From assembly GCA_964016885.1 (NCBI GenBank), contig OZ024755.1:33046001-33110000 (forward strand): a stretch of 64,000 nt of DNA, written 5' to 3'. The notes beneath the pieces are model-generated. The model made no database searches and was not told the DNA's origin. It was given only the letters and a program-made list of their open reading frames with translations. A program made the translations under genes and the position numbers. This document shows, in pieces, positions 54,054 to 64,000 of this stretch. Within the stretch, counting starts at the first letter, position 1, and each line of letters starts with the position of its first letter. This DNA is from Eledone cirrhosa. Its lineage: Eukaryota.

Positions 54054-56344
54054 ATGTTATGTGAGATATTATGTGAGGTAAAGCCTTTACTGTGACAATA
54101 CAATAGTATATATAGAGTAATGTAAATGTTATGTGAGATATTATGTAAGGTAAAGCCTTTACTGTGACAATACAATAGTATATATAGAGTAATGTAAATG
54201 TTATGTGAGATATTATGTAAGGTAAAGCCTTTACCATGAACATACAATAGTATATATAGAGTAATGTAAATGTTATGTGAGATATTATGTAAGGTAAAGC
54301 CTTTACTGTGACAATACAATAGTATATATAGAGTAATGTAAATGTTATGTGAGATATTATGTAAGGTAAAGCCTTTACCATGAACATACAATAGTATATA
54401 TAGAGTAATGTAAATGTTATGTGAGATATTATGTGAGGTAAAGCCTTTACTGTGAAAATACAATAGTAAATATAGAGTAATGTAAATGTTATGTGAGATA
54501 TTATGTAAGGTAAAGCCTTTACCATGAACATACAATAGTATATATAGAGTAATGTAAATGTTATGCGAGATATTATGTAAGGTAAAGCCTTTACTGTGAA
54601 AATACAATAGTATATATAGAGTAATGTAAATGTTATGTGAGATATTATGTAAGGTAAAGCCTTTACCATGAACATACAATAGTATATATAGAGTAATGTA
54701 AATGTTATGTGAGATATTATGTGAGGTAAAGCCTTTACTGTGACAATACAATAGTATATATAGAGTAATGTAAATGTTATGTGAGATATTATGTAAGGTA
54801 AAGCCTTTACTGTGAAAATACAATAGTATATATAGAGTAATGGAAATGTTATGTGAGATATTATGTGAGGTAAAGCCTTTACTGTGACAATACAATAGTA
54901 TATATAGAGTAATGTAAATGTTATGCGAGATATTATGTAAGGTAAAGCCTTTACTGTGAAAATACAATAGTAAATATAGAGTAATGTAAATGTTATGTGA
55001 GATATTATGTGAGATAAAGACTTTACTGTGAAAATACAATAGTAAACAGAGTAATGTAAATGTTATGTGAGATATTATGTAAGGTAAAGCCTTTACTGTG
55101 AAAATACAATAGTAAACAGAGTAATGTAAATGTTATGTGAGATATTATGTAAGGTAAAGCCTTTACTGTGAAAATACAATAGTATATATAGAGTAATGTA
55201 AATGTTATGTGAGATATTATGTAAGGTAAAGCCTTTACTGTGAAAATACAATAGTATATATAGAGTAATGTAAATGTTATGTGAGATATTATGTGAGGTA
55301 AAGCCTTTACTGTGAAAATACAATAGTAAATATAGAGTAATGTAAATGTTATGTAAGATATTATGTAAGGTAAAGCCTTTACTGTGAAAATACAATAGTA
55401 TATATAGAGTAATGTAAATGTTATGTGAGATATTATGTAAGGTAAAGCCTTTACTGTGAAAATACAATAGTATATATAGAGTAATGTAAATGTTATGTGA
55501 GATATTATGTGAGGTAAAGCCTTTACTGTGAAAATACAATAGTATATATACAGTAATGTAAATGTTATGCGAGATATTATGTGAGGTAAAGCCTTTAATG
55601 TGAAAATATAATAGTATATATAGAGTAATGTAAATGTTATGTGAGGTATTATGTGAGGTAAAGCCTTTACTGTGAAAATACAATAGTATATATAGAGTAA
55701 TGTAAATGTTATGTGAGATATTATGTAAGGTAAAGCCTTTACTGTGAAAATACAATAGTATATATACAGTAATGTAAATGTTATGTGAGATATTATGTGA
55801 GGTAAAGCCTTTACTGTAAAAATACAATAGTATATATAGTGTAATGTAAATATGTGAAATAATTGTGAGGTAAAGCCTTTACCATGAAAATATAATAGTA
55901 TATATAGAGTAATGTAAATGTTATGTGAGATATTATGTGAGGTAAAGCCTTTACTGTGAAAATACAATAGTATATATAGAGTAATGTAAATGTTATGCGA
56001 GATATTATGTGAGGTAAAGCCTTTACTGTGAAAATACAATAGTATATATAGAGTAATGTAAATGTTATGTGAGATATTATGTGATGTAAAGCCTTTACTG
56101 TGAAAATATAATAGTATATATAGAGTAATGTAAATGTTATGTGAGGTATTATGTGAGGTAAAGCCTTTACTGTGAAAATACAATAGTATATATAGAGTAA
56201 TGTAAATGTTATGTGAGATATTATGTGAGGTAAAGCCTTTACTGTGAAAATGCAATAGTATATATAGAGTAATATAAATGTTATGTGAGATATTATGTGA
56301 GGTAAAGCCTTAATGTGAAAATACAATAGTAAATATAGAGTAAT
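54054..56344. repeat. 72-bp satellite, right arm (about 32 units, more variable)
   Basis: Same unit and orientation as 47123-48424. Confidence 0.97.
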
Positions 56345-56499
56345 TGTTTCTACTTCACAACCATAAGTTTCTGGGTTCTGTTAAGTGTACTCTTGTCTCA
56401 GAAAGATATACTCAGCCACTTTTCACAACAATTCAATTTGTAGATCATTCATTTGATCAAACAACTGGGTACTCATATGTCATTCATGACGAAAGAGTT

Positions 56500-56830
56500 C
56501 ACCCATGACTTTTGGAAACATTTTTTTTATAGTCAGAGTTGCTGAAGCATGGAACAAACTACCTGCATCAGTTGTTAGCTGTTGGGACACTGCATCCTTC
56601 AAAACATCCATGTTTCCCGAAATTTGCCAACACTACACCAGATATTCCCCCTCCATACACATGCACGCATGTATCTGTGTCAGTCTGTGTCTGTGTGTAT
56701 ATCATGACTGTTCACTTTCCCAACATTTGTACATTGTTCTATATACTATACATGCAACTTTGATGAGTTGTAGTGCACCTGAGCACTGTACACAACAATT
56801 TTCATTATTATTATTGTTGTTATTATTATA
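56500..56830 (+). mobile_element. CR1-like LINE 3' end
   Basis: FFIVRVAEAWNKLPASVVSC and an (ATT)n tail. Matches 2827-3120. Confidence 0.75.
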
Positions 56831-56835
56831 TGTAA

Positions 56836-57032
56836 AGGTGGTGGATTGGTGGTATCGGTAGAGAGTCAGACACCATGCTTTGCAGCATAGAGTTACACCC
56901 CTTTACAGTCTGAGTTCAAATCCTGCCGAGGTTAACTTTGCCTTTCATCCTTAGTGGGTCAATAAAATAAAGTACCAGTAATGCACTGGGGTAATTGCTG
57001 GTCTTGTGCCAAAAAGTAGAAACAATTATTAT
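56836..57032 (+). mobile_element. SINE family A
   Basis: Consensus match. Confidence 0.8.
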
Positions 57033-57044
57033 TATATATATATA

Positions 57045-58012
57045 TATGTGCGTGTGTGAGTATTTTGTATGTGTGTGAGAAAGTATTTTGTGTGTATGAG
57101 AAAGTATTTTGTGTGTATGAGAAAGTATTTTGTGTGTATGAGAAAGTATTTTGTGTGTGTGCGTGTGTGAGAAAGTATTTTGTGTGTGTGCGTGTGTGAG
57201 AAAGTATTTTGTGTGTGTGCGTGTGTGAGAAAGTATTTTGTGTGTGTGTGAGAAAGTATTTTGTATGTGTGTGAGAAAGTATTTTGTGTGTATGAGAAAG
57301 TATTTTGTGTGTGTGCGTGTGTGAGAAAGTATTTTGTGTGTGTGTGAGAAAGTATTTTGTGTGTGTTTGTGAGTATTTTGTATGTGTGTGAGAAAGTATT
57401 TTGTGTGTGTGTGAGAAAGTATTTTGTGTGTGTGTTTGTGAGTATTTTGTATGTGTGTGAGAAAGTATTTTGTGTGTTTGTGTGAGTATTTTGTGTGTGT
57501 GTGTGAGTATTTTGTATGTGTGTGTGTGAGTATTTTGTATGTTTGTGAGAGAGTATTTTGTATGTGTGTGTGTTAGTATTTTGTATGTGTGTGAGAAAGT
57601 ATTTTGTGTGTGTGTGAGAAAGTATTTTGTGTGTGTGTGAGTATTTTGTATGTGTGTGTGTGAGTATTTTGTATGTGTGTGAGAAAGTATTTTGTGTGTG
57701 TGTGAGAAAGTATTTTGTGTGTGTGAGAAAGTATTTTGTGTGTGTGTGAGAAAGTATTTTGTGTGTGTGTGTGAGTATTTTGTATGTGTGTGTGTGAGTA
57801 TTTTGTATGTTTGTGAGAGTATTTTGTATGTGTGTGTGTGTGAGTATTTTGTATGTGTGTGAGAGTATTTTGTATGTGTGTGTGTGAGTATTTTGTATGT
57901 GTGTGAGAGAGTGTTTTGTGTGTGTGTGAGTATTTTGTATGTGTGTGAGAGAGTATTTTGTATGTGTGTGAGAAAGTATTTCGTGTGTGTGTGAGTATTT
58001 TGTATGTGTGTG
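57045..58012. repeat. Compound minisatellite (gagaaagtattttg(tg)n)
   Basis: Direct inspection. Confidence 0.92.
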
Positions 58013-58254
58013 TTTATATACATAAACACCCAACAGAAGAACACAATATCTCCATACAAAATGTCAGTAACATATGTCTAAGTAATGTAATTTATCAAAT
58101 TTTAAAAGTTGTTTCCAGTTCCTATGGAATCTCTATAGCCAACATTTCAGTGGAATGTTCTAGAAACAAACTCACTCTGTGTTTAACAATATCACTAACA
58201 TTTGTCATTTCTCTTAATAACAAATATTACAGCAATGAATTCCTATTTTAAATG

Positions 58255-58596
58255 ATTACATATTTTTAGAGTTCACATATTTTTAAAGTGTTCTTCACAA
58301 ACTTTTAAAGAGTTCACATTTTTAAAATGTTCATATATTCTTAGAGTTCACACATTTTTAGAGTGTTCACATATTTTTAGAGAGTTCACATAATTTTAAA
58401 GAGTCCACATATTTTTAAAATGTTCGCATATTTTTTAAATGTTCACATATTTTTAGAGAGTTCACATATTTTTAAAGTGTTCTTCACATTTTTAAAGAGT
58501 TCACATATTTTTGAAATTGACATAATTTTAGAGTTCACATTTTTTAAAAAGTAGTCCCATACTTTTCATATTTTTAGAGAGTTCACATATTTTTAA
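58255..58596. repeat. Degenerate minisatellite, about 20-bp unit (gagttcacatatttttaaa)
   Basis: Direct inspection. Confidence 0.8.
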
Positions 58597-59387
58597 GGTG
58601 GATTTATCTAGCTCTTTTATTTTTGTAGATTACTGAATGGGTTAAGGCTGCCTAAGTGCATGGCATGGTAGCTGTCCCATAAATGGTAAACTCGGAATAG
58701 TGTGTGAATTTACTATCAGCTTTCAATTTCAAATAGTAGTTGTTTCTCTTCATTTTATTTTATCAAAGATGCTTAGAATGACATATATGTTGTTATTTCC
58801 ATGTCTGTTCCTTTGCAGTTAACAGATCAGTAAATAGATGTCGCTCAAGATGAGGTATTATTTATAATGAAGGTATGTGGTCTAGTGGTTAGGATCTTAA
58901 GATTGTGGATTCAATTCCTGCTCTTGATGGCACATTGTGTTCTTGAGCAAGATGTTATATTTCATCTTCCTTTATTATGGGTCAGTCAATCCATAGGGCT
59001 ATTGGTCAGTTCCTGTCTATCAAATGGTTGGTGTTAGGAAGGGCATCCAGCCATAGAAAACTTGCCAGAAACAGTTCTGTACGAGCGAGACATGGTCACC
59101 TGACCAATGTTGCCTCAAATGGAACAAACCCATCCAACCCATGCTAGCATGTAAGATGGACGTTAAACGATGATGATGATGAAGACTTTGGTCAATATAA
59201 GACCTCTATAGAAACTACTTGTTCAAAATTACATGCAGCAGAATTAAACCAGGGACCTCATCATAATATAGCAAAAGAGTTAACCACTCAGTAATGTGTT
59301 AATTTACACGCACAGAGACACACACACACATCTTCTCTCTCTCCTTTCTCTCTGCGCTCTTCACAATCAAACACACACACATACAAA

Positions 59388-60055
59388 TCATCATCATCAT
59401 CATCATCAACGTTTAACGTCCGTGTTCCACGCTTGCATGGGTTTGGACGGGGGTAGTCCCACTTGAGGCAAGAGTGATTGTCTTGCCCGCATAGGACTGT
59501 CTGGCAGGTTTTCTACAGCTGGATGCCCTTCCTAACACCAACCACATTTACAGTGTGGGTCTGGGAGGTTTTTACCGTGTTGCCTACACGGCCACATTAC
59601 AGCGTGGACTGTGTGTTTTTTTGTCGTGACACCTACACGATCTCATTTGTTTCGGCCTGGATGTTGTGGCACCAACATAACTTTACATAGAACGGGGTGG
59701 TGTGGATGGGGTGGGGTGGTGGCGGGACGGGGTGTATTTTGTTAGAGATGCCTACTGGCAAGGCGGGTCTTCTCTGTTACTGAGTACCGCCAAAGGTCTC
59801 GGTCCAGTGACATTGTCTTGGAGAGGTGTAAGTGTGTGAGGTCGGAGTTTATCAGCTCGTCCTAGGTTTTTCTAGGTCTGCCTATTCCGTGGCTACCGTC
59901 TATCTTTATTGCCCTGCACTTTGTTATACAGCTATCGACTTTCATGCGCATCACGTGACTATACCAACGTAGCCTTCTCTCGAGTAAACAACATCTGATC
60001 CCTCTTATCTCTAATTTTTTCCTTAGTTCGTTTATGCTTTGCCGTTCACGTATAT

Positions 60056-60057
<2 letters not shown>
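59388..60057 (-). mobile_element. RTE-clade LINE 3' fragment
   Basis: Near-identical to 10100-10605 but with a longer 3'UTR and (GAT)n tail. Confidence 0.85.
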
Positions 60058-60110
<53 letters not shown>

Positions 60111-60557
60111 ATAATATTTATAGTTATGTATACACTATATACAACTATAAACAGGAAAGGTCAGTGATTCATTACCAACTTATTACCAGTAAGAACAATA
60201 GCTCAATGTAAGTACATCAGATGTTTTACAGAGCAGTTGAATAGGAGGTTAATTATATGTACAAACATTGCTAGGGCTCTGATGATTTCAAACGAAAGTT
60301 TGGAAGAAATGATTGTCAGCAATAAAATGATTTGAACATAGCTTTGATTATTGTGTCATTTATAAATATATATATACATATATATATTAGGATTGGTGCT
60401 CTGAAATAGCGATGTATACATGAATGTATGCATAGTATATTTATTTGGCAATATACCGTATGTTTAATTAAAAACATTTTGAAGACCTTACGCTATCATT
60501 TTTAAAGTAGTGACTATATCACTTACTTCATTTTGGCGAAAGAAGGCAGAGACTGCC

Positions 60558-60604
<47 letters not shown>

Positions 60605-61024
60605 TGTAGCTATTTTGATGATGTTTTATTAATGTGTTGTTTTGTTATTTTATACATGGTCCTCATTCATGATTTGGCAAATCCTTTATTTGGGAAATGA
60701 ACTTGCTATTTGGAAATTCTTCAGCAAAGGGACATGAAAACATCTGCAAGGATTCACCAATTCTGATCTTGCATTCCAAATTGTAACATACTTTAATAGC
60801 ATGTGATATTTCACCAGAAGACAAAGATCACATCTTCTCAAACATTTGTATAGTAATACGTTTTATAATGTTCCTATTGATTTTATAATTGTTAATATCC
60901 TCCTCCTTTAAACTTGAGGTATGTTTGGACAATGAGGTATTGAGGTATTGGTTTGAGTGCCTGAATACATATAAATGTCACGAAAAGCTTTTCAGTAAAG
61001 CCTATATAATATTTTGTTTTGCAG

Positions 61025-61200
61025 TCATCTACATAATGGAACTTTGCTCAACATAAACTAATGCTTTAAACATACACAAACCATTGATGGAGAAGTTATT
61101 TAGGATATTACAGTTATGCCCGTTCATATTGGAATTTATTCTGCTGTATATACTGGCTATGGAAGCAGCAATGTTTTGTGTCTAACTGTAACTCATTTCA
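61025..61200 (+). pseudogene. Candidate decayed exon, C-terminal half of an Ig I-set domain
   Basis: After the acceptor ttttgttttgcag it reads HLHNGTLLNIN*CFKHTQTIDGEVI*DITVMPVHIGIYSAVYTGYGSSNVLCLTV, compared with the pattern W.HNG...L.I..V...D.G.Y.C....GS....L.V. Confidence 0.35.
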
Positions 61201-61383
61201 ATGATATTTTTATTTAAAATCTAATGATATAATATATATATGATCCACAAAGAAAGTTTTACTGATAAGACTTAGGAAGATTTTAAAAATACTGGAATGA
61301 ACATTTAAACTAGAGATAAGATAATGCCGTATATTTTGTTTTCAGTGGATGCTGAAATAGACAGTTTTTGAAATTATTATCTC

Positions 61384-61678
61384 TTAACCCTTTAGCATTT
61401 AAACCAGCTGTATCCAGCCATAATTCTCTCACCTCTTTCTGTTCAAACTAGTCGTAACTGATCACTCATACTGATGTTAAGGTATTGTTCTCAAAATGAA
61501 TAATATCAAAATATCATAGATTCAATATTATTTGATATAATTATGTGAAGTAAAGCCCTTACCATGAAAATACAATAGTAAATATAGAGTAATGTAAATT
61601 CTATGTGAGATATTATGTGAGATAAAGCCTTTACCACAAAAATACAATAATAAATATAGAGTAATGTAAATGTTAAAG
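61384..61678. mobile_element. Family P MITE with two internal units
   Basis: TTAAccctttagcatttaaa ... gagtaatgtaaatgttaaag. Confidence 0.8.
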
Positions 61679-61700
61679 TATCATTGCAATAATGAGCATA

Positions 61701-63295
61701 CAGTGGCGGACATGGAAGTAAGAACACTTTTTATTTTGCATGTAACTTTTTAGTTATTTTGTTTCTGTAACTTTGCAATATGCCAAAAGAAGGAGAAATA
61801 ATTTCTCTATTGCTATCTCTGTTATTAAGCCAATTAGTAAAGCGAACCAGTTTTTATGGCTCATTAACGCAATTATAGCAAGATTTTGGCGGACGTGGAA
61901 GTAAGAACACTTTGCATTTCCTATGTTTACTTTCTTCATAGCTACTCTAGCAAATTTTAGATTTGTATAATAAAATATGATGTTATATATGACATTTTTC
62001 TTTTTTCCAGCATTTTATTATTATGGGGAGAAAAAGAGATTTGAGTCCTACTAAACGGGCACGGATCGTCAAGTTGAGAAAGTTGAATTTTTCCTTCCGC
62101 GTGATTTCTAAGATGACAACATGCAGCTCCACTGCTTGTATTCAAGCCTGGCGCACTTGGGAACGTACAGGATCATACAAATCGAAGCCAAAACCAGGAC
62201 CAAGTCGAAAAACGGACGATCGCCAGGATAGAGCGATTGGCCGGTCATCAGAAAATGACCGAAAAAAGACTGCTGTCGAGATCTGCTCCGAAGTGAACAC
62301 TTCCCACAACTCGGATATCTCAGTCAGAACTGTCCGTCGTCGTCTGCGCGAAATCGAAATCAATGGTCGCATCGCCAGACGTGTTCCGCTCATCTCACTC
62401 GCCAACCGTCGCAAACGACTTGCATTCGCATACAAATATCTCGCATGGACACCCGCTGATTGGCGCAAAGTCCTATTTTCAGATGAAAGTCTATTCACCA
62501 TGGTCGGATCAGATGGCAAGACTTATGTCAGAAGGAGAACACACGAGGAATTCGATGATCGGTGTTCTCAAAAAACGGTGAAACATGGTGGAAAATCGAT
62601 CATGTTCTGGGGTGCATTTTCGGCTATGGGCACCGGTCCCCTTGTTCCCATTTCCGGCAGTATGAACCAGAACACTTATGTCAAGATCCTGGAAGACCAT
62701 TTGGAGCCCTATGTTGATGAAAATATGCCTTTAAATTGGCAATTTGTGCAAGACAATGCCCCGTGTCATTCTGCAAAGTCGGTTAAGCAATTTTTTCATG
62801 AGAAAAAATGGAAGGTCATCGATTGGCCTCCTCAATCGCCAGACTTAAATTGTATAGAAAACCTGTGGCATTTAATAAAGCGCGAAATTCGACATCAAAA
62901 CCCAAAAAACTTTCACGATCTGATGGCCACCATCAACCTGACATGGAACAACTTCAGTTTGGACCAATGCATGAAATTAGTGGAAAGTATGCCTAGAAGA
63001 TGTACTGCCGTGATCAAACAGAAAGGATATGCCACCAAATATTGATTTCGACCATAATTCGAGCATTAAATGAAATAAAATAAAAGTGTTCTTACTTCCA
63101 TGTCCGCCAAAATGTGGCTATAATTGCGTTAACGAGTCATAAGAACTGGCCTATTTGACTAATTGGCTTAATAACAGAGATAGCGGTAGAGAAATTATTT
63201 CTCTTTCTTCAGGTATATTGCAAAGTTGCAGAAACGAAATATCAAAAAAGTTACATGCAAAATAAAAAGTGTTCTTACTTCCATGTCCGCCACTG
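61701..63295 (+). mobile_element. Intact Tc1-family DNA transposon with IR-DR ends (1595 bp)
   Basis: TA TSD (61699-61700, 63296-63297). TIRs of about 213 bp starting cagtggcggacatggaagtaagaacacttt, with inner direct repeats at 61888-61913 and 63083-63108. Confidence 0.95.
62023..63045 (+). CDS. Tc1-type transposase, DD34E (340 aa)
   Basis: N-terminal HTH region, VLFSDES, KTVKHGG, FWGAF, QDNAPCH, WPPQSPDLNCIENLW and a C-terminal GYATKY. There are 34 residues between the second D and the E. Confidence 0.95.
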   Translation: MGRKRDLSPTKRARIVKLRKLNFSFRVISKMTTCSSTACIQAWRTWERTGSYKSKPKPGPSRKTDDRQDRAIGRSSENDRKKTAVEICSEVNTSHNSDISVRTVRRRLREIEINGRIARRVPLISLANRRKRLAFAYKYLAWTPADWRKVLFSDESLFTMVGSDGKTYVRRRTHEEFDDRCSQKTVKHGGKSIMFWGAFSAMGTGPLVPISGSMNQNTYVKILEDHLEPYVDENMPLNWQFVQDNAPCHSAKSVKQFFHEKKWKVIDWPPQSPDLNCIENLWHLIKREIRHQNPKNFHDLMATINLTWNNFSLDQCMKLVESMPRRCTAVIKQKGYATKY

Positions 63296-63489
63296 TATAG
63301 TCAAAGAATTCCTTGCTAGAGGATAAACAGCATATGTACTTCTTAATGTTCTTAAATAAACTTTTTAAGGTTTATTGGGGATAAAATCACACATACCTTT
63401 ATCATTAGTTTTACAATAACAGTAACATTTATAAGTCCTTAATTATAAAGTTATATGGAAGACATCAATTATGCACATATTTGCATCTA

Positions 63490-63851
63490 CTGTGCAATGT
63501 CAATAATGTGTCTGAACGACCAAGCATCGACAAGTTGAGAGAGAAACTGTGTATAAGAGGGATAGGCTGTAGTGTGCAAGATAGAAGGCTGTGTTGTCAT
63601 GTGATGTGTATGGAGGATGACCTCTGGGTAAAGAAGTGCCAAGAAATCCCAGTAGAAGGAAGACGTGGTAGAGGAAGACCATGAAAAACATGGGCGGAGG
63701 TGGTGAGAGCAGATCTCAGATCGCTGAAGCTCACGGAGGAGATGACAAATGACCGTGACAAATGGAGAGACACTGTGCTTAATAGGACCCATCCCACCCT
63801 TGTAAGCAGGGAAAAGTGGATGTAAAAAAGAAAAAAATGATGATGATGATG
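63490..63851 (+). mobile_element. RTE-LINE 3' fragment with a (GAT)n tail
   Basis: LREKLCIRGIGCSVQDRRL...GRGRP remnant. Confidence 0.75.
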
Positions 63852-64000
63852 TGTCCTACGGATGAGCTCCTTTCTAAAAGTCTTCATTGTGTGGGTATTC
63901 AGACCCTTTAAAATGGGTCAATCTTTTATGTTTTTTTATAGAGGAATAGCTGAAAGTATTTACATGTAATTTTTCTCACAGAAAATGCTACTAATTCAAA

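Overview
AT-rich, repeat-saturated eukaryotic (animal) genomic DNA. The SINE families, RTE/CR1 fragments and very long (TA)/(TG) microsatellites suggest an octopus or other coleoid cephalopod, but this is inference. There is no intact host gene. The only long, genuine ORFs belong to two young transposons. (1) A full-length Tx1/L1-clade non-LTR retrotransposon lies on the minus strand (about 48425-54053; zinc-knuckle ORF1 plus an endonuclease/RT ORF2). It sits inside a roughly 50-unit 72-bp satellite derived from the internal repeat of a TTAA-type (piggyBac-like) MITE, an arrangement that parallels the Xenopus Tx1L/Tx1D pair. (2) An intact IR-DR Tc1 (DD34E) DNA transposon lies at 61701-63295. 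The rest consists of tRNA-derived SINEs, RTE/CR1/other LINE fragments, several MITE families (some nested), many minisatellites that originate inside transposons, and several fold-back structures. Scattered, stop-riddled exon-like segments on the + strand read in the order spectrin-like repeat, DH, PH, Ig. This suggests a decayed Trio/Dbl-family RhoGEF-like pseudogene spread across the window (low-moderate confidence, motif matching by eye). Repeat boundaries are approximate unless termini are quoted.
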